NCBI GenBank assembly: GCA_030704615.1
Contig: CM060731.1
Coordinates: forward strand, 92,380,001 to 92,444,000
Origin: Takakia lepidozioides
Taxonomy: Eukaryota > Plantae > Bryophyta
Direction of reading: 5' to 3'
DNA: 64,000 nt
Shown: one piece after another, positions 1-10,567 of the stretch
Layout of the letters: every line of letters begins with the position of its first letter
Numbering within the stretch: position 1 is the stretch's first letter
Program-made: the position numbers and the translations under genes
The notes under the pieces: model-generated
Databases searched by the model: none
Told to the model about the DNA's origin: nothing
The model's input: only the letters and a program-made list of their open reading frames with translations

Positions 1-87
1 AATCCAAGGGGGAATTACCAGCCAAGGAATCAGGATTATAGAAATAATTCCAGAGCAGATCAAGGGCGAGGACCCAATGGTGAAGAA

Positions 88-1227
88 TTGTGTTACTATT
101 GTAATCAGGCAGAACATCGTAAGGCAGCCTGTCCATTTTGGATCAGACACCTGAATGAGATGAGAGCTCCTGTGAATGAGGGCCCAGTAGTGGCAGCTCA
201 CATGGTTAGGCCATGTTTTGTACTAGAAGTGAGTACGATGATAGTCTCTAGAAGCAAAGCTAAACTAATACCTCCAGTAGATGAGGAAGATGATGATAAT
301 GAAGATGGTAGTGTGCCTGAAGATGATGAGGCTTGGAGAGATGAGAAGGAACTGCACAAGGAAGTGGCTGAAACCATAAGGGAAATGCAGAAGAGTATTG
401 ATATCCCTATGGCAGATTCCTCTGATTCTGAAAGAGAAGATGAAGTGAGTGAAGATGAAGTGAAGAAAGAAGCTGAACAAGTGCAGGGTAATGAAGGGAC
501 TTTGGCTGAAGTAATATGCCAGTCCAAAGCGGAGATTACCATTGGACAACTATTGGCTGTGGCACCTCATTGTAGGCACAGGCTGTATCAAGCAATCAAT
601 CAGATTGCCCATGTGATAGGGAACACAGACCTGAACAGCAAGGTGACAAGCTATACTGTGAAGCCAGAAGGGCGAGAAATAGTCATGGACTTTGATGATT
701 CTATGCCAGTAATCCAATTGAGAATTGGAAGCACAGACTTGACTGATGTACTGATAGATGGAGGCTCTGGAGTGAATATCATGACAGACCAATTAAGGCT
801 GAAGCTTGGTCTAAGTAACATGAAACCAGCCCCATTCACAGTAACAATGGCGGATCAAAGAAGTGTTCAGCCATTAGGCTTGATAAGAGGAGTTAAGATA
901 CAGATTCAAAAGATGATCTTTAAGATCACAGTGACTGTATTGAAAATGGATGATGTCATGGAAGCTTACTCCTTATTGTTGGGTCGACCATGGCTGAGAC
1001 AGGCCAGGGTATTCCATGACTGGAATTCCCAGTTACTAACTGTGCATGTTGGGAAGCGCAAGATACAAATCACCACTAAGAAATCTAGTAGACTACCTGC
1101 TGCGAGAAGACCTCAAGGAGTCAGAGAGTATGACTGGAGAAAAGACTTGATGAGGAGCAGGAAGCTACCCTGTTTGCTGCACACCCAGAGTGGGAGCAGG
1201 TTGCAGAAATGCAACAGGAAGGCCTAA
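88..1227 (+). CDS. Gag zinc knuckle plus retropepsin-like aspartic protease (partial gag-pol)
   Basis: Cx2Cx4Hx4C at the ORF start; VLIDGGSGVNIM and LLLGRPWL protease motifs; frameshift near 1140. Confidence 0.9.
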   Translation: MCYYCNQAEHRKAACPFWIRHLNEMRAPVNEGPVVAAHMVRPCFVLEVSTMIVSRSKAKLIPPVDEEDDDNEDGSVPEDDEAWRDEKELHKEVAETIREMQKSIDIPMADSSDSEREDEVSEDEVKKEAEQVQGNEGTLAEVICQSKAEITIGQLLAVAPHCRHRLYQAINQIAHVIGNTDLNSKVTSYTVKPEGREIVMDFDDSMPVIQLRIGSTDLTDVLIDGGSGVNIMTDQLRLKLGLSNMKPAPFTVTMADQRSVQPLGLIRGVKIQIQKMIFKITVTVLKMDDVMEAYSLLLGRPWLRQARVFHDWNSQLLTVHVGKRKIQITTKKSSRLPAARRPQGVREYDWRKDLMRSRKLPCLLHTQSGSRLQKCNRKA

Positions 1228-2330
1228 GTTGTTTAAAAGGTATCTGCTGTGGTGTAGTAACAGCAACACCAATTGAGGGTGAAACAAGCAGTTACCCACT
1301 ACATTTCTATGAGGAAAGAGAGGGAGAAATGGAAATCCTAGAAGAACTAGCCACTGTAAGTTTACAGAATGAGGTAGTGACTGGTTGGACAATCACAGCT
1401 GATGAGCAAATGAGAGAAGTGAATGTGGGAACTGAGGAGGAACTGAGAATGGTGAAAGTAGGGGCTGACTTGGAGCCAGAATTCTTTGAGGAAGCTAAGA
1501 GTCTGTTCATCAAATACAGAGATGTATTTGCTTGGAGCTATGAGGATCTGAAAGGGATACCACCTGAGATTTGTCAGCATAAGATTGAACTGGAACCAGG
1601 GACAGTACCAATCAAACAGGCAAGGTACAGAATGAATCCCAACTATGCACAGAAGGTTGGGGAAGAGATCAAGAAGTTGGCTGAGGCTAAGTTCATATAC
1701 CCGATAGAGTATACAACATGGTTGTCATCCATTGTGATAGTTCCCAAAAAGAATGGTAAACTGAGAGTCTGTGTGAACTATAAGAAGTTGAATGCTTGTA
1801 CAAAGAAAGATCCCTTCCATTTGCCATTCACAGAAGCAGTGCTGGACACTGTGGCAGGCCATGAGATGTACTCATTCATGGATGGCTTCAGTGGGTATAA
1901 CTAAGTGCAAGTGGCAGAAGAAGACCAGAGAAAGACAGCTTTCATCACAGACTAGGGTGCCTATGCATACAAAGTCATGCCTTTTGGACTTTGTAATGCA
2001 CCAGCAACTTTTCTGAGAGTGATAAGTGAATCTTTCCATGAGTATCTGGATGATTTCATGCAGGTGTTCTTAGATGACTTCAGTGTGTACAGTTCTAAGA
2101 ATGAGCACTTGCTTAAATTTGAGTTATGTTTGGCCAGATGCAGGATGAGAGGTCTGGGCCTGAATCCAGAAAAATGTACTTTCTGTGTGACCTCAAAGGT
2201 ACTTTTGGGACACATTGTGTGTAAGAGGGGACTGCTTGTGGATCCCAGAAAGACAGAGGCTATTAAAGCCTCTCCACCACCAGGAAATGTTAAGAGTCTA
2301 AGGAGATTCCTTGGACAAACCAGTTATTAC
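1209..2330 (+). pseudogene. Reverse transcriptase of copy A, disrupted by in-frame stops
   Basis: ORFs 1209-1904 and 1977 onward share a frame and are separated by TAA/TAG where copy B has CAA/TGG. Confidence 0.9.
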
Positions 2331-2596
2331 GCGAGCTTCAAAATTTGGCCTTCAAGACCACATGCCAGTCCTTGGGCAGTCCACCAGTGCCTCCACGAGT
2401 CAGCACAGGCCGTCCACAGGTCAACACGGGCCACCACAGACCAGCACAGGCCCAAACAGATCACAAGTCACAGCCGTCACAGCCCCACACAGGCCACAGC
2501 CTATCACAACCCCATAGGTCACAGCCGTCACAGCCCGTCACAGCCCCACAAGCCACAGGTCACAGCCTGCCACAGCCTATCACAGCCCCAAAAGCC
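2331..2596 (+). repeat. CACAGCC-rich low-complexity tract flanking the inverted LTR
   Basis: Many TCACAGCC/CACAGGCC units; same motif class as in the LTRs and post-pol regions. Confidence 0.75.
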
Positions 2597-3381
2597 TGTC
2601 GAGCGGCTTTTACTCACCCATCCCTTCACTATCCGAGGTGGAAACTCCAAGATAGAATAGTTGGATATCTCTAAGCACTCAGCCCGCTCAGAACAATCAG
2701 TAATGACCTACAGCTAGTGAATCATGGTTGTGCTTCCTATTTGTATTTCTTCTTACCTTCATGTTAGCAATTTACCTTACTGTGTATACTGAAGCATTAG
2801 ATTGCTTCAGTATCTACCAGGTTCCATTCATTCATCCATTCATTCCACAACTTCACTCATGTCTCTCTCCACAGTGTGATTGTATCAAATAAGTATCAGA
2901 TTATGATTTATCAAGTATCAGGCCAATGCCATGGTGACTCTAATCTGCCCTACAATATCACTACAACTTTGCATGTAACAAGCATCTATTGTTCATCTTC
3001 CTCCTTCACGTGCTCTCCATCCTTGCTTCCGTTCTTGCTCTCCGCTGATCTTCCATGCATGTCCAAGAAGCGCTCCGCGTGAAGTGATCCCCCCTTTGTT
3101 GCTGCTCTCCCTCATCTGCATGCAAGCTGTTCTAACCACCTAACTAACTAACTGTCACCCCAAGAAGTAACACGTTTCCCCTGCAGATGTCGTTCCCACA
3201 CAATCGTTCCCTACCATTGATAACCGTTCCCTATGTATGTTGTGACTGGTTGTGCCAAACTGTGTCGGGCTGTGAATGTGCCAAGCTGTGACTGGCTGTG
3301 TCGGGCTATGATTGGCTGTGTGAAACTGTGTGAAGCTGTGTCGGGTTGGGTGTCGAGTGTGTGAAGGGGCTAACGAAATCT

Positions 3382-3416
<35 letters not shown>

Positions 3417-3542
3417 TAAAGCCTACGCCTGTCACCCTAAGGCCTCTGTTGGTCTAAGTCTACCATCCATAAGTCTGCGCAAAAATTAAGGGTATCTCAC
3501 AGAACCCGTAAAAACGTCTAAGTCCCAAATAGCCCTCTAACA
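2597..3542 (-). repeat. 3' LTR of a minus-strand family member
   Basis: On - it reads TGTTAGAGGG...CGCTCGACA; homologous to LTRs 8995-9959 and 31298-32346; preceded on - by a polypurine tract. Confidence 0.9.
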
Positions 3543-3559
3543 TTACCACTCCCCCTCTC
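3543..3559 (-). promoter_or_regulatory. Polypurine tract (PPT)
   Basis: GAGAGGGGGAGTGGTAA on - immediately before the LTR TG. Confidence 0.85.
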
Positions 3560-3573
3560 AAAAAGCCGTGTCC

Positions 3574-5497
3574 TCACGGTTTACTGCTTAGGATCAGCAA
3601 ACCTTTGTGAGCGAGCACCCTTCTGACGGTGAGAGTCTCTTGAAGGGCTCTGTGTGCGAGCTCGAGCCCTGTCACGGGCTGATGGAGGTGATTGAGCACC
3701 AAATGGAAATGTCTGACCCACCTGTGGTTGATAATGAGGTAACATGTCAGGCATAAGAGATCCCTGTCATTTCTTCTCTGCCATTTGGAGTGCATAGTCC
3801 TCCGCCATGTCAAAAGGTTCCTATGAAGAACCAGTAGTATCAGAATCATCTTCCTCCCTGAGGTGTTTTGGCGGCCAAACTTTAAGGCTCCTCCGGAATC
3901 CTGCGTGACATACGATGTTGGCCCACCATGTCTGGAAGCTTAAACTGTACTACTTGCTGTAAACGCTTGCAAGCAAAATGAGTGAACTCCCTGAACTCCT
4001 TGGCCGTATAGGTGAGAGGTGTGCCAATGACTTTGGAACAGTGTATGTCCCTTATAGAAAATATCATCAGGCCCCAATTTTTCTTTGACCAAGTTGTTCC
4101 AGGCCAAATTAAACCATGAATGAAGCTGGGAATCCTTCTGCATCATGACTTTCGCATCATAGAGATACATATGGGGCGGAACTGAAGGTAAGACCCAATG
4201 ATCTCCACTGGAATAACTCAAAAATTGTGATTGCATCTTCTACTGCTCAATGTGATAACGTGCCATGAAACAAGCAGCATAGTACAATCCACAGCCCATG
4301 ACAATACTAGATACCTCCTTGGTCTTGGTGTAGATGTACCCATGAACAACCTGGAAGGCAATTAATTCCTTCAGCATGGTGCCCGCCTCAGACCACCTCT
4401 ACAGCAGGTGGCTGACGCTGTTGACGCCATGGCGCAACTACAGTCTGAGGTTTGGGGGGATGCTTTCAACCATATTGCCACCGTTGTCCCTCCTCCTGCT
4501 GGCAACTCTTGCACCTCCTGTGATGAAGACTGGAAAATCAGAGTCCTGGCATGCAAATAAGTAGCCACCAGCTACTCCTCAGGAACAAAGACTCTTTTGT
4601 CAATATTGGAACTCAGGTCATCCACTTGAGTTTGCAGGCCTTCTACATCATCATGTAACTCCGCAATCCTACTATAGACATTGTCTATAGTAGTTGTGGC
4701 AATGTTCTGTACTTGCAATCTGAGATCATTCATCTCCCCCTGAGTGAGCTTTCGTGGTGCTTTCCCTTCCACCGGCCCTTGTGTTAAGCATACTTGCACA
4801 AGATGATTATTCACCAAGTCCTGTGTAGCACCCCTGAGAGCCTGCTCCTCCTTGAGTCTGTACACATCTAACTGCTGCTGTAAAGCCTCTATGCGCTTTG
4901 CATGAGGTTCAACCAGGGCCGCATAGGCAACAGCCAGATTATTGGCTTCCTTCCAAGCCTTGTTAGCCACAGAGAGTTCATTCTTGTGGCCCGTGAGTGA
5001 TTGCTGCAACTGCAGGATGAACCTTTCCTTCTCAGCCTCAACTTGACTGTACTGTTGGAAAGTATCCTCATTGCAACGGAGAGTAGCCTTCAGATCATCA
5101 ATAAGTTTCCCCTGCTCTACTGTCTCAGCCTCGGCCCTCTCTGCTTGTCTGTTAACTTCTAACGTAGTTTGCTCTAGAGCAGTTGTTAGTGTGGCACATT
5201 GTATGGTCATTCTCTGATGAACTGTCTCCAACTCTGTATGAAGCACCTTCACTTCCTACAATTTGCCCTCATGCTACACCTGCAATTGGTATAGCTGCTA
5301 CTTATGTGCTTCATGCAATTTCCCCTGCTCCAGACCCGCTTCAATCAGATTCCCCTTTGTTAGCTGCAGGGCAGCCTCGGTGTCCTCCAATTCTTTCTGC
5401 AACTTGAGGTTGGCCTCCACATCCACCTTGTTTGCACACTCAGTGGCAATTCTAGCCTCAAACTCCTGCTTGAGTTCCTCCCTCAAAGCTGCCAATT
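3574..5497 (-). pseudogene. 3' accessory ORF region of the Gypsy family (coiled-coil protein), fragmented
   Basis: ORFs 5298-5552, 4572-5252 and 4371-4568 are homologous to copy C ORFs in 20952-22300 (e.g. QGPVEGKAPRKLTQ, NIATTTIDNVYSRIAEL). Confidence 0.8.
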
Positions 5498-7860
5498 GTT
5501 GAGCAAGCTTCTGAAGAAAGATGTTGGGTTTGCATGGACAGCTGAATGTCAACAGACTTTTGAGGAACTTACATTGTCAGTTACAACTACACCTGTGCTG
5601 ATTGACCCTCACTGGCATGTAGTATTCCATGTTCACTGTGATGCCTCAAGAGAAGCATTGGGAGCAGTGTTAGCCCAAAATGTTACAGGAAACATAGATT
5701 CACCTGTGTACTATGCTAGCAGGTTGATGAACAGTGCTGAAAAGAACTATAGCACAACTGAAAGAGAAGCATTGGCAATGATTTATGCAGTCAAGAAATT
5801 CAGGCATTACCTATTGGGAAGGAAGTTTATGTTTTATGTGGATCATCAGGCTCTGATTTATCTGGTGAACAAACCTTTGCTAAGTGGCAGGATAGCAAGA
5901 TGGTTAATAATCTTGCATGAGTTTGAGTTCGAAGTTGTGTACAAGCCTGGCCGTTTGCATCTTGTGGCAGATCACTTGTCACGCCTAGCAATAGGAGAGA
6001 CCGCCACGGGAGTAGACGACCAACTACCTGATGCGAGTTTATTTGTAGTGGAGGTGCAGGGAAGTGTAGATGATTGGTTAGATTGGCAGTGGCCAATCAG
6101 ATACTACCTTACTCATGGTCAGTGCCCACATAGTTATGGGAAGGAGCAGAGGAAGAGAATAGCTATCAAGGCTTTACCTTACACTATGATAGGGGGCAGA
6201 ATGTATAAGCTAGGACCTGATGGAGTACTAAAACGATGCTTGTGCCACCATGAAGTAAATAAAGTTTTGGAGGAAGTTCATAAAGGAGTGGCTGGAGGTC
6301 ATTTTGGAAAAGAGACTACCAGTAGGAAGATACTACTCGCAGGTTACTGGTGGCCTGCTTTTGTCAAAGATGTACACGAGTATTGTCAGAGTTGTGATGA
6401 ATGTCAGAGGCTAGGACCTTTGCAGAGATCTTGAAGGATGGCCTTGCATCCTACAATGCCTACGGAACCATTTCAGAAATGGGGACTAGACTTTGTTGGA
6501 CCGATTAACCCACCAGCCAAGAATACACGGAACAGGTACATAATTACAACCACTGATTATACTACGAAGTGGGTGGAAGCTAAAGCTTTGAGGGACAACA
6601 CAGCCAAGTCCACAGCAAGGTTCCTGTATGAGAACATACTTACACGATTTGGCTGTCCCTTGGAATTTATAAGTGATCAGGGAAGTCACTTCATTAATGA
6701 GACCATTGAATTATTGACTAAAGAATTCATGATTGTGCATAAGAAGAGTACAACATATTACCCACAGGGTAATGGGCAGGCAGAGGCTACCAACAAAATA
6801 CTATGTACTATCTTGACTAAGATAGTCAATGCAAACAGAACGGATTGGGATACAAAGCTGCTGACAGCTTTGTGGTCATACATGACTTGATATAAAGTCA
6901 CCACTAAGTATTGCAAGAGTTGTGATGAGTGTCAGAGGCTAGGACCATTGCAGAGATCTGAGAAGATGGTTTTGCATCCTACGATGCCTACTGAACCATT
7001 TCAGAAATGGGGTTAAGACTTTGTTGGACCAATTAACCCACCAGCCAGAAATACACAGAACAAGTACATAATCACAGCCACTGATTATACTACAAAGTGG
7101 GTGGAAGCTAAAGCTCTGAGGGACAACACAGCTAAGTCTACAATAAGATCCCTGTATGAGCACATACTTACAAGATTTGGTTGTCCCCTGGAATTTATCA
7201 GTGACCATGGAAGTCACTTCATTAATGAGACCATAGAACTATTGACTAAAGAGTTCATGATTGTGCATATGAAGAGTACAACCTATTACCCACAGGATAA
7301 TGGGCAGGCAGAGGCCACCAATAAAATACTATGTACTATCTTGGCTAAGATAGTCAATGCAAACAGAACAGATTGGGATACAGGACATACATGACTTCAT
7401 ATAAAGTCATCACTAAGTATACACCATTCCAATTAGTCTATGGTATGGAAGCTTTACTTCCAATGGAGTTCTTGTTACCTACCATGAGAACTGAATGGGG
7501 AAGGAGAATGGAATTGGAAGATTCAATTAAGGTCACGAAACATGAATTATACCATGTGGAAGAAGTACGTGCTGATGCATCAGATAACTGACCAAAATGA
7601 GGAGGAAAGATCAGTTTGATGAAGGTAAAAATTAGACTTTTAAGACGGGAGATTTGGTACTGTGGTTGCAGAAAAAAGGAAAGATTAAATCTTCTAAGCT
7701 TAAATCACCATGGAAATGACCTTATGTCATACAGAAGATGTATGATAACAACACAGCCATGTTACAAACCAATAAGTTAAAGGGATACAGTGGTATCCAT
7801 GACAAACCATTGCGGCACGATTTGCATGTTGAAACACAGAAATAGTCACGGGCTGCACCG
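5496..7860 (+). pseudogene. RNase H and integrase of copy A (pol resumes after the inserted block)
   Basis: DASREALGAVL, NYSTTEREALA, VDHQAL (RNase H); H-x4-GGHF...CQSCDEC zinc finger, [22 protein letters not shown] (integrase); stops present. Confidence 0.92.
6906..7430 (+). repeat. Tandem second copy of the integrase core segment
   Basis: [15 protein letters not shown] through SYKV.TKY occurs twice (about 6379-6910 and 6906-7420), and the two copies are diverged. Confidence 0.85.
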
Positions 7861-8994
7861 GTGATACCAACGGAGTATGGAGCACTTGTCATTAAGCCGA
7901 GTGTGTATGGCCGGGGCGGAAGGTGTAAGAGTTCGCATAGCTATCACAGCCCACCACAGTGTGACACAGTCTATCACAGCCCACCACAGTGTCACACAGT
8001 CTATCACAGCCCATCACAGCATCACACAGCCTATCACAGCTCGTCACAGTCTGACACAGCCCGTCACAGCCTAACACAGCCCACGCGGGTTGCACAGTCC
8101 ATAGGGTTACTGACAGATGGATGCGGGTTAACGTCAGAAGAGTGGCTGGCAGGTGAAAGGACAGCTTGGAAGTCAAACTCGGAGAATGTGTCACGCGGAC
8201 AGGGGAAGACAGAGACATGTCTAAAAACGGACACGTGGCCACTAGGGCGAAGCACACCGCAGAGCATATATTGCAAAAGTGGGTGTCATCATGCAAGAGG
8301 ACAAATTGGGCCGTCAAGGTACCTACCCGGTACATCAACCAAAACTATTTGTGGGCCCATTAATGCATTCAGGGCAAAGGTAACGGAACCCATTACGAGT
8401 ACAGAAAAGGGGAACTTTTGCCACATGTGCTGTCCTAGTGGACATTCCAGGTGGGAATGTCCACTGAGGGGGTAAAATTAAGAAGTTACCCAAGGAGGCA
8501 ACAACCAATCAGGAGCGAGAATTTCATGCAGGTGGTTCCCTCCAAGAAACAAGAACAAGAAATTAGAAAAGTTATGAGCGGAAGAGTCGGGGTGACTCCG
8601 AATAACCAGTGTCGCGACGGAAGGGGCAATCAAAGCTATAACTTTGTAGCTATGGCGGATATTACAGATTATACGCTCGCTTTACTTCTTATGCAGTGGC
8701 GCAAGGATGGACGGGTTGAGAATACATTCTCTCTCACTCGATACTTGCAAGCCCCACAGCTTACACGCACTTACCCGTTTTCTGTGCCAACCATACTTTT
8801 ATGCTATACGCCTTGCAAGCTTTCTTAGAGCTATTCAAACAAGGCCATCTTTTTGTCTGGAATGAAGAGAATTCGGGGAATGGAGGATGTCAGGGTGAAG
8901 AGCACCACGATCCTGCAAAAGCAGACAATTGCTACACCTCAGGCAGTGCAACTGTGGAAGAAGTTGCGATTGGAGGGACTGCTACGCAAGGAAT
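7861..8994 (+). pseudogene. Post-integrase extension and start of the 3' accessory ORFs of copy A, truncated by insertion of copy B
   Basis: YHSP-type repeats at 7940-8080, CHMCCPSGHSRWEC knuckle, and MADITDYTLA and MKRIRGMEDVRVKSTT homologous to copy B/C accessory ORFs. Confidence 0.8.
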
Positions 8995-9959
8995 TGTTAG
9001 AGGACTGTCGGGGACTTAGACACTTATACGGGATCTGTAGGGTACCCTTAATTTTTGCACAGACTGAGACCAACAGGAGCCTTAGGGGTGACAGCAGCGC
9101 ACTGTAGAGGGGGGGGCAACACAGCCAACACAGCCAACAAGCCATCACAGTCGTCACAGCCAACACAGCCCGTCACACAGCACACAGCCAACACAGCCCA
9201 TCACAGTCGTCACAGCACAGCCGACACAGCCGACACAGCCCGGCACAGCCACACAGCCACACAGCCCGACACAGCCACAGTCGCAAGCCAGTCACAGCCC
9301 GTCACAGTTTCACACAGCCAGTCACAGCTTGACACAGCTGTCACGATCATAGGGAACGAAGAGTAGGACAGGGAACGACTGTGGGGAACAACACCTGCGA
9401 AGGGAACATGTTAGTTCACAGACGACGGTTAGTGAGGGAAACGGTTAGAACCGCGGATAGGAAGATAAAGGGGAGAAACGGGGAATTGAGGGACATCATT
9501 TCGGAGGAGGACTTCTTGGTGATGAGGAGAGGGATCGGGCAGAGATGAAGAACGGAAGTGAAGATAAGAGATGATGAGTAGATGCTTGATATATGCAAGG
9601 CTGTAATGATATTGTAGAGCAGATTAGAGACACAATGGCTTCGGCCTGATACCTGATAAATCATAATCTGATACTTTACGATACAATCACACTGTAGAGA
9701 GATCTGAGTGAAGCTGGAATGAATGGATGAGTTGATGGAATCCAATAGATTGATAAAGCAAACTGATACTTAATTATCAATGGTAAGTAGCTAACATGAA
9801 TGCCAAAAGGGAAACAAATAGGAAAAACCCCCATGATACACTAGCTGTAGGTCATGACTGATTGTTCTGCGCGGGCTGAGTACTTAGAGATTTCCAACTC
9901 TTCTATCTTGGAGTTTCCGCCTCGATAGCGAAGGGATGGGGAGTAAAAGCCGCGCGACA
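8995..9959 (+). repeat. 5' LTR of copy B
   Basis: TGTTAGAGG...CGCGCGACA termini, followed by a PBS; contains a CACAGCC tract at 9120-9340. Confidence 0.92.
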
Positions 9960-10546
9960 TTTGGCGACCATACTGGGGACCTGGGACATGAACAACCAGA
10001 TGTGACAGGCATCTGGTGGGATCATGGTGGTTGGACCATTAAAGAATTTGAAGTGAATCAAATTCCCTGTGAACGAAGGAAGAAAGATTGTCCAAACAAT
10101 TCTTTCAAAGGTTCTTGGAATTGCCAGACGGTTGTAAAGAAAATATTCTTAAACGAGTGCATGATGCTGATCCAGAATGGGGTCTGGAGAAAGGAGTGAT
10201 AAAGATTTATCAGGTAGCCTGTAGAGGAAGAGCACGTTGGTTACCAACATTGGTTTATGTGATAGCATTGCTATCCATTAAACGAGTAGAGTTTGAAGGC
10301 TGGGAAAAAAGAAAGGTGAATGTTTATACTCATATGCATGAAGAGCTTGTACTGGTAAAGAATTGGATTCCAAAGGATATTTTGTGGATCAAACTCACAC
10401 CAAGAACAGCTTTTCAGACTTGTTTGCCATATGGTTATATGGTAACGGAGACTTCAAGTATAGCCAAGGGTGCATTGAAGCTTGAAAGAAACCCAGGCAT
10501 ATACGAGAGATATTACAGAAGAGAGTTTTGGTTATTGCCACATTAA
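9936..10546 (+). CDS. Extra ORF upstream of gag, unknown function (frameshifted in this copy)
   Basis: ORFs 9936-10199 and 10088-10546 together match the uninterrupted 202-aa ORF of copy C. Confidence 0.7.
9962..9979 (+). promoter_or_regulatory. Primer binding site, tRNA-Arg-like
   Basis: TGGCGACCATACTGGGGA 2 nt after the LTR CA; the Arg assignment is inferred from resemblance to known TGGCGAC...TGGGGA PBSs. Confidence 0.85.
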
Positions 10547-10567
10547 AAGAAATGAAAGACATGGGAC

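Larger units (their letters stand above)
1..2330 (+). mobile_element. Ty3/Gypsy LTR retrotransposon copy A, gag C-terminus/protease/RT segment (5' part lies outside the window)
   Basis: Zinc knuckle CYYCNQAEHRKAAC, protease LIDGGSGVNIM, RT motifs LRVCVNYKKLN, MDGFSGYN, MPFGLCNAPATF and FLDDF; breaks after FLGQTSYY at 2330. Confidence 0.95.

Noticed and set aside
3383-3413. Long poly-C run as a functional G-quadruplex element
   Set aside because: Homologous LTRs have only a short G/C run here; likely slippage or homopolymer error
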